A DNA stretch of 64,000 bases, from assembly GCA_963769935.1 (NCBI GenBank), contig CAVYNY010000028.1, positions 99,808 through 163,807 on the forward strand, in the 5' to 3' direction. Of this stretch, positions 37,001 through 47,165 are shown piece by piece; positions within the stretch are counted from its first letter, which is position 1; the number at the start of each line of letters is the position of its first letter. Source of the stretch: an uncultured delta proteobacterium. Its GTDB lineage: Bacteria > Desulfobacterota > Desulfobacteria > Desulfobacterales > JAFDCJ01. A program made the position numbers and the translations under genes. Below the pieces are notes generated by a model, which was given only the letters and a program-made list of their open reading frames with translations, did no database searches and was not told where the DNA came from.

Positions 37001-39397
37001 GGTGTGTCCGGTTCGGGGAAATCCACCCTGGCCTTTGATATTCTGTTTGCCGAAGGCCAACGCCGCTATCTGGAAAGTCTGGCACCTTACGTGCGCCAGT
37101 ACATGAAAATTCTGGAGCGGCCGGAGGTCGATCTGGTAACCGGTCTGGCTCCGACCGTGGCCATCGAACAGCGAACCAGCTATTCCAGCCGGCGGTCAAC
37201 GGTGGCCACACTGACTGAAATTTACCATTATTTGCGGCTGTTATACAGCAAGCTGGGTATTCAGCACTGTCCGGGATGCGGCCGCAAATTATCGGCCCAA
37301 ACCCAGACGGCCATTGTTGATCAAATCCGCGCGCGGTATCCCCGCCAAAGGGCGACGGTGCTGGCACCGAAAGTGTCCGGCCGCAAGGGCTTTCACAAAG
37401 ATGTGCTGGCCCGGGGCCTTAAAAAAGGCTTTAAAAAAGCCCGCATCGACGGCAACCTGATTGAATTAAAAGAGGGTATGGCGCTGAGTCGTTATCACGA
37501 ACACAACATCGATCTGGTGATCGGCAGTCTTCCCGCGAAGGACCTGGAGGGTCTGGTGGACCGGGCCCTGGCGGAAGGCGGCGGCAGCCTGGTAATTATT
37601 GATCGTCGGCACCACGAAGATGTCTTCAGTCTGCACGGCATCTGTCCCACCTGCGGCATCGGTCTTGAAAGCCTCGACCCCCGTTTGTTTTCGTTCAACA
37701 GCCAACAGGGCGCCTGCCCCCATTGCGGCGGCCTCGGAACCATGGGCGAACCGGAAAACGGCGAAGACGTCGATGTTAAAATCTGCACCGCCTGCGGCGG
37801 CAGCCGGTTAAAACCGCAGGCCCTGGCCGTAAAAGTCGGGGACTACAGCATCTGGGATCTGACGCAAAAACCGGCGCGCGATATTTACCGGATCATCAAA
37901 AATTTGACATTCCGTCCTCATGAACAACCGGTGGCCGAACCGATTGCGGCCGAGCTGCTGGGCCGCCTGGCGCTGCTGAATCAGCTGGGACTGTCCTATC
38001 TCTCCCTGGCCCGCAGCGGCGACACCTTGTCCGGCGGAGAAGCGCAGCGCATACGCCTGGCCGCCCAGCTGGGCTCGAATTTAACCGGCGTGTGCTACAT
38101 TCTGGATGAACCCACCATTGGGCTGCATGCCCGGGATAACCGCATCCTGATTGAGGCCCTCAAGACGCTGCGCGACCGGGGCAATACCATCCTGGTGGTC
38201 GAACATGATGAGGAAACGATTCGCGAGGCCGACACCATTGTCGATCTGGGTCCGGGAGCCGGCCAGGACGGCGGCCGGGTGGTGGCCTCCGGCAAACTGA
38301 ACGATCTGAAGAAAGTTCCGTTGTCGGTGACCGGCGCCTTGCTTGACGGACACCCGAAACGGATTACCTCACGCTTGAGACCCTACAAAAAAATGCCCGT
38401 GGTCGAAGTTCGGGGGGCGGCCGTCAACAATCTGAAAAAAATCAACATTAAAGTTCCGCTGGGCTGCCTGATCGCGGTGACCGGAGTTTCAGGCTCGGGC
38501 AAATCCAGCTTACTCAAGGAAACTTTGTACCGCGGACTGCGCAATCGACTGCTGAAGCAAAAGCGCCCGGCCGGCCAATGCCAGGATATCAAGGGCTGGC
38601 AGGGGCTAAAGCGAGTGCTGGAGGTCGATCACAGCCCCATCGGCCGCACGCCGCGCTCCGTGCCGGCTTCCTATGTGGGTTTTTTATCGGAAATCCGCAA
38701 ACTGTTTTCGCTGACCCCGCCGGCCCGGGCCCGGGGCTATTCGGCCGGCCGCTTTTCCTTTAACGTGGCCGAAGGCCGTTGCGAGGCCTGCAAGGGACAG
38801 GGGCGGCCGAAGGTGGAAATGAGCTTTTTACCCGATGTGTATGTGCCCTGTGATATCTGCCGGGGAAAGCGTTTTACCGGAGAAACCCTGGCCGTGCAGT
38901 ATCGCGGCAAAAACATCTCCGAAATTCTGGAGATGACTTTTGCCGAAGCGGCGCGCTTTTTCGCCGCCATCCCCACCATCCGGCGTGCCGTTCAATTTGT
39001 ATGTGATGTGGGTTTGGGCTATTTATGCCTCGGGCAGCCCAGTCCCACGCTGTCCGGAGGTGAAGCCCAGCGCATCAAACTGGCCCAGCAGCTGGTAAAA
39101 CCATCCACCGGGCACACCCTCTACATCCTGGATGAACCCACCACGGGCCTGCACATGGCCGACGTTCAGCGGCTGATCGATGTGTTGCAAAAGCTGGTGG
39201 ACGAGGGCAATACCGTGGCGGTCATCGAACACAACATGGAAATCATCCGCGAAGCGGACTACGTCATCGACCTGGGGCCCGAAGGCGGTGACGAAGGCGG
39301 CCGGGTGGTCGCGGCCGGATCCCCGCCGGAACTCTTAAAGCTCACCGGAAAATCTCACACGGCAAAGTGGTTTAAAAAATACCTGCAGGGTAGATAG
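34082..39397 (+). CDS. uvrA: Excinuclease ABC subunit A, double-length (tandem-fused)
   Basis: 1771 aa; four GVSGSGKS Walker A motifs, four SGGE signatures, DTLYAEGQRRY and DILFAEGQRRY, zinc fingers. Confidence 0.96.
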   Translation: MNRPSIRIKGARQNNLKNLDLEIPLNQITVVTGVSGSGKSSLAFDTLYAEGQRRYVETFSPYARQFMDRMDRPQVDKIEGIPPAIAIDRKDPVRTSRSTVGTMTEVTDYVKLLYARLGQLHCRSCGQPVEPETPGRVWQMLQTLPAGTRLFITFPYLINGASAEDVRRSLMQSGFDRLFEAYRIDPLETWQPNAGQEEIPVLADRLILRPEDKARVLDSLELAFRFGGGRLDVWIPPDGHYAFSNRLACARCNIEYAAPLPNLFSFNSPVGACDTCRGFGRTIGIDMDLVIPDHSLSLEQGAIKPFGAKENGRMEFGDLMDFCRKQKIPTTIPFGKLKAADKKAIVEGTPDYYGIKGLFRWLESRTYKMTVRVFLSRYRSYDVCRECGGTRFKPETLLYRINGQHIAQIYAMNVSGAHEFFKSLPASPEDEASLLILEEVTNRLSYLSDVGLAYLTLDRQSRTLSGGEVQRVALASALGSSLVNTLYVLDEPSIGLHPRDNHRLIRILKGLRNLSNTVVVVEHDPEIIRESDYLLDLGPKAGEQGGRVMYFGPTANVNGSLTGQYLKGKRRIPAAGRQREPGHGRWLTIKGAAENNLKNIDVDIPLGLFVCLTGVSGSGKSTLAEEILYKAAKRALGNQEERPGKHTAIKGVDAIADVVLVDQRAIGRTPRANALTYTKALDPIRHLLAETDEARAAGLGSGHFSFNVAGGRCETCKGDGFEKVEMQFLSDVFITCPDCNGKRFQDEVLDIHYRGQNIYDILSMTVDQALAFFKDNKKVVSALQPLAEVGLGYIRLGQPINTMSGGEAQRLKLSRYVRIGARNSAPQLFIFDEPTTGLHFDDIGKLLTALQKLVDAGNTVLVIEHNMDVVKTADWVIDLGPDGGDAGGRVVATGPPGEVAKNIKSHTGRFLKAYLKEGGRLKPPKTIAHGVADSTASFLNGHSADVITLKGAREHNLKDVSLAIPHNELVVLTGVSGSGKSTLAFDILFAEGQRRYLESLAPYVRQYMKILERPEVDLVTGLAPTVAIEQRTSYSSRRSTVATLTEIYHYLRLLYSKLGIQHCPGCGRKLSAQTQTAIVDQIRARYPRQRATVLAPKVSGRKGFHKDVLARGLKKGFKKARIDGNLIELKEGMALSRYHEHNIDLVIGSLPAKDLEGLVDRALAEGGGSLVIIDRRHHEDVFSLHGICPTCGIGLESLDPRLFSFNSQQGACPHCGGLGTMGEPENGEDVDVKICTACGGSRLKPQALAVKVGDYSIWDLTQKPARDIYRIIKNLTFRPHEQPVAEPIAAELLGRLALLNQLGLSYLSLARSGDTLSGGEAQRIRLAAQLGSNLTGVCYILDEPTIGLHARDNRILIEALKTLRDRGNTILVVEHDEETIREADTIVDLGPGAGQDGGRVVASGKLNDLKKVPLSVTGALLDGHPKRITSRLRPYKKMPVVEVRGAAVNNLKKINIKVPLGCLIAVTGVSGSGKSSLLKETLYRGLRNRLLKQKRPAGQCQDIKGWQGLKRVLEVDHSPIGRTPRSVPASYVGFLSEIRKLFSLTPPARARGYSAGRFSFNVAEGRCEACKGQGRPKVEMSFLPDVYVPCDICRGKRFTGETLAVQYRGKNISEILEMTFAEAARFFAAIPTIRRAVQFVCDVGLGYLCLGQPSPTLSGGEAQRIKLAQQLVKPSTGHTLYILDEPTTGLHMADVQRLIDVLQKLVDEGNTVAVIEHNMEIIREADYVIDLGPEGGDEGGRVVAAGSPPELLKLTGKSHTAKWFKKYLQGR

Positions 39398-39852
39398 TGC
39401 AAAGAATCCTAACTTTGAGGACTTATATTATCTTAGGCAGTCAACACCTATAAAATTCCAAGCACCAATAAACAAATATCAAATAAGCATTAATGACCGA
39501 AATTCAAAATTCAACAACAGGCCTGAAATGCCTAGAGTTAAATAAACATTTAGCTCCGATCTTTTTCATTACAAGTTTGAGAAGATTGAAGAATATCCGG
39601 AATTTTAGTTCCGCTTTCAGCGGATTCATTTCGAATTTAAGTTCATTACCTGAAAATCAAATTCGCCTTCATCTGAATGACCTAAAAAAGCTTTGGCGCT
39701 TCCCCTTCTATCTGACATTCGAACTTGCCATTAAAGTCAATATAAAATATCATAACAATTGATTATATTATATTTTTTCGACCATACCAGAATCAAATTC
39801 CCAAAATGCCAAATCCAGTAAGATAACCTGCCAATCAGAGCAGGAGCCTCAT

Positions 39853-42265
39853 ATGTCGAAAAAATTGTCGAGAAAATTGAATTGAGTCTCCGATCTTCGA
39901 CGTAGTCTGCGACCACCGGGTTTTTAAATTTAAAAACACGTCGGAAGTCAAACCCCTGGATGAAATTATCGGCCAAAAGCGGGCGGTTCGGGCCCTGGAA
40001 TTCGGACTGAATATGACAAGCCCCGGCTATAATATTTTTGTAACGGGACTTGAAGGTACCGGCAAATCCACCATCGTCAAAGACTATGTCACCAAGCACG
40101 CCAAAACTCTCCCAAGGCCGGATGACTGGTGCCTGGTCAATAATTTCAAAGATGACTTTCGTCCGCGGGCTTTTGCGGTGCCAAGCGGAAAGGCCGTCCA
40201 GCTCAGCAAAAAAATGAACCGGTTCATCCAGGACCTTAAAAAAGACCTGCCGGCGGCCTTTGAAAGTGAGCCGTATTTAAACCGGCTTTCGACCATTAAA
40301 AACGGCCATGCCGATAAGCAGAATCAGCTTTTTCACCAAATAGAAAAGTTTGCCGCCGACAAAAACGTCCGGATCATTAAATCCGAAACCGACCAGGAAT
40401 TTGAAACGGTTCCCGTATTGGATGGCCAACCGCTCACCGCGGAGGACTTCAATAAGCTTACCGATGACCAGAAGGCTGCAATTGAAGAAAATATCCGCCT
40501 GATCCAGAATCAGATTGAGAAGGCATCGGTGGAAGTCGACAAACTGACGAATGCCCTGCACACGGATGTTGAGGAATTGATGGATGAAGTCACCCGGTCG
40601 GCGGTCCAGTCCCGCCTGGAAAATATCAGGTCCGAGTACAAAGACAGCCTGAATGTAATGAACTATCTGGCGGAAGTCGAACAGGATATCGTCGAAAACG
40701 TCAATTTATTTATGCCCTCCGAGGAATCCGCTTCCGGCGAGGAAAGCATTATTCTTATACCGCAAAAATCCAGACTCCATCGCTATCAGGTCAATCCGCT
40801 GACCGATCGCGGACCACTCAAGGGGGCGCCGGTCATCTTTGAAACCAATCCCACCTATCACAATGTCATGGGCCGCGTAGAAAAACGCGCCCTGATGGGG
40901 TCGGTTTCGACGGACTTTACCATGGTTCAGGCCGGCTCCCTGCTGGAAGCCAACGGCGGTTTTCTGATCATGGACATGGAATCCGTGCTGATGAATCCCA
41001 ACGTCTGGGAGGCGCTCAAGCGCGCGCTGCAAAACAAGAGTATTCAGATCGAGGATATCGCCGAAGAAACCGCTTTTGGATCGGTTTCCCTGCGGCCGGA
41101 AGCCATTCCGCTGGAAGTCAAGGTGATATTGCTGGGCAGCTATGAAACATTTGAGATCCTGCAGAATTATGACCTGCGATTCAACAAGGCGTTCAAGGTC
41201 CGGGCGGATTTTGATTATGAGGTGGAACGAACGCCGGATACGGTCCAGCAGTACGCCAGGTTCATCGCCCGGGTTTGCCGGGATGAAAAACTGCTGCCCT
41301 TCACGCCCAGCGGTGTGGCAACCATCGTCGAATACGGTGAAAAATACGTATCCGACGTCGATAAGCTTTCGATTCGCTTCGGGCCGCTGCTGGGAGTCTT
41401 AAAAGAGTCCGACTATTGGGCCCGCAGGAACAACGCCCGGCTGGTTACCGACAAATATGTGGTCAAGGCCTTTAACGAGTATCGGTTCCGCTCCAACCTG
41501 TATGAAGAAAAGATCCATGATTCCTATCGGGATGAATCCATCATGATCGATGTGGCCGGGCGGGTCATCGGCCAGGTCAATGCCCTGGCCGTATATCAGA
41601 TCGGCGATTTCTCATTTGGACGGCCGGTGCGCATTACGGCAGAAACCTATATGGGCAAGCAAGGCGTAGTCAACATTGAACGGGAATCCAAATTAAGCGG
41701 CAGCACCCATGATAAGGGGGTGCTGATTCTCACCGGTTACCTGGGGCGAACTTTCGCTCAGAATTATCCCCTCAACCTGTCCATCAGCATCACTTTTGAA
41801 CAAAGCTACAGCGAGATCGACGGCGACAGTGCCTCGTCCACCGAGCTGTATGCCATCATATCAAGCCTTGCGGATATCCCCATCAGGCAAGGAATCGCCG
41901 TCACCGGTTCCGTCAACCAGAAAGGCATGGTCCAGGCCATCGGCGGTGTCAATCAGAAAATCGAAGGCTTTTATGAGGTCTGCAAAACCAAAGGCCTGAC
42001 CGGGAAACAGGGTGTCATCATACCGCACACCAACCGGAAAAATCTCATGCTCAGAAAAGAGGTCATCGATGCCGTCAGAAAGCGCCAATTTCACGTTTAT
42101 CAGGTGGCAACGGTGGCAGAAGGCATCGAGATCCTGACCGGCCTGCCGCCCGGCCAGGCGGACCGGGAAGGCAACTTTGCGAAAGGCACAGTATTCAGCG
42201 CCGTTCAGGATAAACTGGCGCAGTATTACAGACGGTCTTTGCAACTGAAAAAAGAAATGGAATAA
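39853..42265 (+). CDS. Lon-like ATP-dependent protease (AAA_32 + Lon_C; LonB/LonC-like); 5' end disrupted by indels
   Basis: IIGQKRAVRALEFGL lies in frame upstream of the ORF-track start; GLEGTGKS, IDGDSAS (Ser), GGVNQKIEG (Lys). AGGAG + ATG at 39853 is in a different frame. Confidence 0.88.
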
Positions 42266-43203
42266 TGAAGAAAAAGCCATACGGAGATACACTCAAAGAG
42301 AAACTGCTGGCCAGTGCCAAAGATCGGCTGCATAAATTCCTGCTGGCAGACGGCGCCATCCGCGGTGCAATCATGAACGGCACCCGGATGGTCAAGGAAA
42401 TGCGGACCAATCATGAGTTGGGCATTCTTGAAACGCTTGTTTTGGGCCGCGCCTATTTAGGTGTTGGGTTAATGGCAGCCGACTTAAAAAGCAACGACCG
42501 CATCAGCATTAAATTTGACTGTTCAGGCCCGATTAAAGGGCTCGTGGTGGAAGCCAATGCCTTCGGGGAAGTGCGCGGGTTTTTAAAGCAGGTGCCGATC
42601 CCCCTTGACAAACCCATGCAAAGCTTCAACCTGTCGCCGTTCTTCGGCGCCGGATTTCTCTCCGTGACTAGATACCTGGAGGATGCCAAACAGCCGTTTA
42701 CCGGACAGGTCATGCTCAAATACGGCAACATTGCCAAGGACCTTGCCAACTACTATCTCACTTCCGAACAGGTGCCGACAGCCTTTAATCTAAGCATAAA
42801 ATTCGACACCGAAGGTCAGGTCACGGGTGCCGGGGGATTGTTCCTGCAGGCCCTGCCCCAGGCCAATGACGATTTGACTGCCGGCCTGGAGAAAAGGGTA
42901 ACCCACTTGCCCTCGCTGGGAGAAGAATTCACTGACGACGGCGATCCCGTGAACCTGATCGACGAGGCCTTCCGGGACTATCGGCCACGTTTTCTGGCCA
43001 ATTACCGCATTGAATTTATGTGCCACTGCAACCGGGAACGGGTGCGCAGCCTGTTAACACTGCTGCCGATTGATGAACTCAAAGATATCCGGGACAATGG
43101 CCCCTTTCCGCTGGAAATGAACTGTCATTATTGCAACACGCACTATCATTTCAGCCGCCAGGACATTCAGGAAATTTATGGCAAAAGGTACCCGAATAAC
43201 TGA
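42265..43203 (+). CDS. hslO: Hsp33 redox-regulated chaperone
   Basis: YYLTSEQVPT, AGGLFLQALP, CHC...CHYC zinc centre. Confidence 0.95.
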   Translation: MKKKPYGDTLKEKLLASAKDRLHKFLLADGAIRGAIMNGTRMVKEMRTNHELGILETLVLGRAYLGVGLMAADLKSNDRISIKFDCSGPIKGLVVEANAFGEVRGFLKQVPIPLDKPMQSFNLSPFFGAGFLSVTRYLEDAKQPFTGQVMLKYGNIAKDLANYYLTSEQVPTAFNLSIKFDTEGQVTGAGGLFLQALPQANDDLTAGLEKRVTHLPSLGEEFTDDGDPVNLIDEAFRDYRPRFLANYRIEFMCHCNRERVRSLLTLLPIDELKDIRDNGPFPLEMNCHYCNTHYHFSRQDIQEIYGKRYPNN

Positions 43204-43657
43204 CGGCTGGGGAGCCGGAAAGCTGGGAGGCGCTGAAGCTGGGAAGGTGGGAAGCCTTGAATGCAAGAAGCTGAGAAGTCAAGAAGCGCAGAAGCGGAGA
43301 ACGAAGGAATAAGAGGCACGGGGCATAGCGCATAGCGCGCATGGCACATGGCGTTGAAATTGCAGTTTTTAGGCCTTTCAGCTTCTGTCGTCTGTCATCT
43401 GAACTCTGTTTTGTGATTGCAGATTACGGATTTCGGATTGGAAAAATTAGGGAGCCAATGATTGATTAAGTTTATTGAGCTCCTAAATGAGATCAAATCC
43501 TTTTTTACTTAATCAACTATTCAACCAATCAACTAATCAACGCCTTCTTTTTTTCGCCATGCCCCAAGCGCCATGCGCTATGCCCTTTGCCCCCACCCAA
43601 TCAACTCAACAAACTCAACAAACTCAACAAACCCAATAAACTCAATAAACCCAACCA
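43204..43657. repeat. Mosaic short-unit intergenic repeat
   Basis: GAAGCT-type 8-mers, GCATAGC/GCTATGC 7-mers, AATCAACT 8-mers, AAACTCAA(C/T) 9-mers. Confidence 0.8.
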
Positions 43658-43658
43658 C

Positions 43659-44297
43659 CTATTTCGCAGTCCCCTGCCCCATCTGGGCTTGCTGTTTTTT
43701 CATCTGCTGGACCATTTCATCCACTGACCGGCCGGTGGGTGCCATGGCAACGGGGTTAACCTCCAGCAATTCTTCCCAGACTTTTAGTGCGCCGTCATAA
43801 TCTTTCAGATCATGCAGCAGCACGATTCCCTTGTTTAATCGGGAGGGCTCATGTTTCGGGTCGGCCGCAATGGCCTTGTCAAAACACTCGATTGCCTTCT
43901 GCGGGTTGCCGCTGCGCCGGTACATGATGCCCAGATCGGTCCAGACGTTCGCATCGGCAGGGTTAAGTTCCAAAGCCTTCTGGTAGGCCTGGATGGCTTT
44001 TTCATGCTGGTCGGAATCAAAATATACATTCCCCAGCTGGATCCAAGCTCCCAGGTTGAGGGGATTTTTGGCAGTTTCATCCTCGAGTGCCGCAATCATT
44101 CGCGATCTGTCGGGCTGGGCAACCTCGGCCTGCGGTCCCTGGGCCGGAATCGCCACCGGGACAGCCGCAGTATCGGATTTCAAAACCGAAAACAGCACGC
44201 CGCCGAAAAAGCCCACTGCCAGGGCCAGAAGGGTACCCAGCCAGAAAGTTTCTTTGCGAACAAACTGGGCACTATCGTTTTTTGATTTTTTCGCCAT
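43659..44297 (-). CDS. Membrane-anchored TPR protein (CcmI/CycH-like C-terminus)
   Basis: N-terminal TM segment; AWIQLGNVYFD, VWTDLGIMY TPRs; GGAGG RBS. Confidence 0.85.
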   Translation of the reverse strand: MAKKSKNDSAQFVRKETFWLGTLLALAVGFFGGVLFSVLKSDTAAVPVAIPAQGPQAEVAQPDRSRMIAALEDETAKNPLNLGAWIQLGNVYFDSDQHEKAIQAYQKALELNPADANVWTDLGIMYRRSGNPQKAIECFDKAIAADPKHEPSRLNKGIVLLHDLKDYDGALKVWEELLEVNPVAMAPTGRSVDEMVQQMKKQQAQMGQGTAK

Positions 44298-44418
44298 ATA
44301 TTCCTCCAAAAAAGGCTCTAATTATATACTATCAATTTATGGTACCAAATTTTAGCATACAATATTAAGGATTCAAGGCCGGCCGGCTAAAAAGTATTTA
44401 TCTTTCTCCGCAAATAAT

Positions 44419-44446
44419 AAAGCCCGGCAAAAATCCGGGCTATTTG
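44419..44446. terminator. Hairpin, possible terminator for the 56-aa ORF
   Basis: AGCCCGG-CAAAAAT-CCGGGCT with A/T-rich flanks. Confidence 0.45.
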
Positions 44447-44559
44447 CTAAATATGATCTGATTTTTGATTTGCAAGGGTTAATATTGACAGAGCCGCTGC
44501 AACAGTTCATGTATTTTCCAAATTTTAGGGCTCTGAGAACGTTAAAATTGCAACAATGA

Positions 44560-44730
44560 TCAGCTGGTCACGCAGGCGCGGGATCGCTGGCCGCTTTCCC
44601 GGGCTGCTTTGCGATAGCAGTCATGAAACGCTTCGTAATCATCAGAACAGAAGTCGCATTTCTCAAGTTCTGTTACCAGCTTCTTTTTTTCGATCGAACA
44701 GCATTTTGAGGAATTTGAAGAGCTGGCCAT
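44560..44730 (-). CDS. 56-aa Cys-rich small protein (absent from ORF track)
   Basis: MASSSNSSKCCSIEKKKLVTELEKCDFCSDDYEAFHDCYRKAARESGQRSRACVTS*, preceded by AAAGGAGGTG. Confidence 0.75.
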   Translation of the reverse strand: MASSSNSSKCCSIEKKKLVTELEKCDFCSDDYEAFHDCYRKAARESGQRSRACVTS

Positions 44731-44890
44731 CGTGCCACCTCCTTTCGGATTTCCGTAAAATTTGAAATGCTCAATTAAGCAGGAAATGATTTAATGCCAA
44801 ACACGGATTTACAGGAACTTAAAAAAGTTATTCCGTGCAATACCTTATAATTTAAAACGGTGTCTGGGAAAGTCAACTTAATCACGCCGC

Positions 44891-44942
44891 ATTAATCCGC
44901 CTTCAAAAATGGCACATTGCGGGTTGTGAAGTGTTCTTTGAC
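44891..44942 (-). repeat. Partial inverted copy of the 95-bp element
   Basis: Reverse complement ...ACTTCACAACCCGCAATGTGCCATTTTTGAAGGCGGATTAAT aligns with the right half of copy D. Confidence 0.55.
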
Positions 44943-45077
44943 ATATCCCTCATCGTACTTAAATTGTTCTAAAAAGATAGATCCATGATCTGAAAGTCGG
45001 GAGATCGCATTTATTCCTGTTAGCCGGCGTAGGTCTGTATCTCATATTGAAATATTTTAACGAAAGAAAATTCAAAC

Positions 45078-47165
45078 ATGCCACAATTAATGCGCTGTCT
45101 GCAAATATTGACCTTTTCGTTGACAATGCTGGCTTGGGGTGCAGTTTCACAAGCCGTCGAGTTGAAGGCGACGCACCACATCCGGATTGAACTGATTCCC
45201 GATGAAGCGAAACTTATCGGCAGGGATGATATCGCGATCAAAACCAACGACAGCCAAGCCCTGGTTTTCCAACTTTCAAAGAACCTGTCTCAAATCAAAG
45301 CGGAAGTTGACGGTAGTCCGCGAGATTTCGAATTTAAGGATGGCCGTTTGCGGATTAACCTGGCCGCCTCCGAACAAAACGCAGATGTGCAGGTCAGCAT
45401 TTTGTATGCGGGAATTTTTGATGATCCGGTTCCGGTCCGTCCCGTGAACACGGACAACCCCGGCTACGGTGTGACCGGCACCATTTCTGCCAAGGGCAGC
45501 TTTTTACTGGCCGGTGCCGGTTGGTATCCCGAGCTTATGGACAGCCAACCGACGTATCGGATAACGGTCAGTGCACCGGCCGGTATGATTGCCGTCACAG
45601 CGGGCCGCTCTCGCGGTCGGGTAACTGAAAACGGAAAGACCGTATCCGACTGGGAGGTGAATTACCCGGTCCGGGGTTTAGCCCTGTCTGTCGCCCGCTA
45701 TGCGGTTGAAGAAAAATCAATAGGCAAGGTCACGGTTGCGACGTATCTGCTGCCGCAAAACATGCAGCTGGCCGCCTCGTATTTGAACGCCGCCGCCGGC
45801 TACATCGAGCTTTATTCGGACCTGTTCGGTCCTTATGCCTTTGAAAAGTTTGCCGTGGTGGAAAATTTCTTCCCAACCGGCTTTGGCTTTCCTTCCTACA
45901 CCCTGATGGGAGGCAGCGTCCTGCGGCTGCCCTTTATCGTTCATACCAGTCTGGGCCATGAAATTGCCCATTGCTGGTGGGGAAACGGTGTCTTTGTGGA
46001 TTATGCCGAAGGCAACTGGAGCGAAGGTTTAACCTCGTACGTGGCCGATTATCTTTACCAGGAAATGAAATCCGCCGAAGCCGCCCGGGAATACCGGGGG
46101 CAATGGTTGAGAAACTTCTCCACCCTGGTGCATCCGGAAAGCGATTTTGCATTAAACCGGTTTCAGAGTCGCTATGATTCGGTTAGCAAGGCAATCGGCT
46201 ATGACAAGGGGGCGATGGTTTTTCATATGATCCGACGCGTGATCGGCGAAGAAGCCTTCTGGGGCAGTTTGCGGGATATATATCGGGACCGCCTCTTTCA
46301 GCCGACGTCCTGGTCGGATTTGCAGCGCGCCTTTGAAATCCGCGGCCACCGATCGCTGCAAAATTTCTTTGACCAGTGGGTTTACCGCCCGGGGGCACCC
46401 CGCTTTCGTGTAGGCGCCGTTTCGGCCGCAAACAGGGACAATGAGTGGCAAGTTGACGGGCAGATCATCCAGGCGGAGCCTTATTTTGACTTTCCGTTAA
46501 CACTCGCACTTGAAACCGACAAAAAAACGATCACCCGCACCATAGCGGTTTCCGGACCGGTAACATCGTTCGAACTGACCTGCGGCGATTCTCCCCTTAA
46601 ACTTACGGCCGATCCCGCGGACGACATCCTGAGATGGCTGTATCCGTCGGAAATTCCGCCGGCTGTCAACACCCTGAAAAGCGCTGCGTCGGTGCTGACC
46701 GTCCTGCCCGCCAACCTCGATCCGACCCTCGAAAAGGCCGCCCGAACCCTGGTGCTCTCATTGGGCTTAAGAGGCAACCGGTTTGTTACCGAAGATAAAT
46801 TAAGCCGGCAGCTGCTTATGGAAAATGACATATTGCTGATCGGCCATCCCCGCTCCAATGATCTCTTGAAACAGATACCGCCCCGGGTCGATATCCGTCA
46901 AAAATCTTTTGCGTTGGACGGATCGCTTTATGACAAGCCATCCGATGCTTTTTTTGGGGTCTTCAATCATCCATATGCGAAAGACCGCATCGTCGCCTTG
47001 TTTATGCCGTTATCGTCGGAATTTGCCGACCTCGTTGCCGCCAAAATCACCCACTACGGCCAGTACAGCTATCTTGTATTTCAAAGCGGAACAAATCGTG
47101 ATAAAGGATTCTGGCCGGTGGAAACATCGCCGCTGGTATACAAGTGGCCTGAAAGGCGGGAATAA
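45078..47165 (+). CDS. M1 family aminopeptidase, exported
   Basis: HEIAHCWWGN...WSEG, YDKGAMVFHMIR, FFDQW; signal peptide. Confidence 0.92.
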   Translation: MPQLMRCLQILTFSLTMLAWGAVSQAVELKATHHIRIELIPDEAKLIGRDDIAIKTNDSQALVFQLSKNLSQIKAEVDGSPRDFEFKDGRLRINLAASEQNADVQVSILYAGIFDDPVPVRPVNTDNPGYGVTGTISAKGSFLLAGAGWYPELMDSQPTYRITVSAPAGMIAVTAGRSRGRVTENGKTVSDWEVNYPVRGLALSVARYAVEEKSIGKVTVATYLLPQNMQLAASYLNAAAGYIELYSDLFGPYAFEKFAVVENFFPTGFGFPSYTLMGGSVLRLPFIVHTSLGHEIAHCWWGNGVFVDYAEGNWSEGLTSYVADYLYQEMKSAEAAREYRGQWLRNFSTLVHPESDFALNRFQSRYDSVSKAIGYDKGAMVFHMIRRVIGEEAFWGSLRDIYRDRLFQPTSWSDLQRAFEIRGHRSLQNFFDQWVYRPGAPRFRVGAVSAANRDNEWQVDGQIIQAEPYFDFPLTLALETDKKTITRTIAVSGPVTSFELTCGDSPLKLTADPADDILRWLYPSEIPPAVNTLKSAASVLTVLPANLDPTLEKAARTLVLSLGLRGNRFVTEDKLSRQLLMENDILLIGHPRSNDLLKQIPPRVDIRQKSFALDGSLYDKPSDAFFGVFNHPYAKDRIVALFMPLSSEFADLVAAKITHYGQYSYLVFQSGTNRDKGFWPVETSPLVYKWPERRE

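Noticed and set aside
39883..39885. TGA at the 5' end of the Lon-like gene as Sec or read-through
   Set aside because: The conserved sequence continues in other frames, and there is no redox-motif context.
43598..43657. 9-mer arrays (also 51435-51475 and 54674-54735) as CRISPR
   Set aside because: Units are directly tandem, 9 nt long, with no unique spacers and no cas genes.
43151..43800. ORFs 43054-43266, 43151-43342 and 43573-43800 (also 49649-49856, 51084-51356, 54803-54991, 13120-13332)
   Set aside because: Low-complexity translations of the repeat blocks or shadows of real genes.
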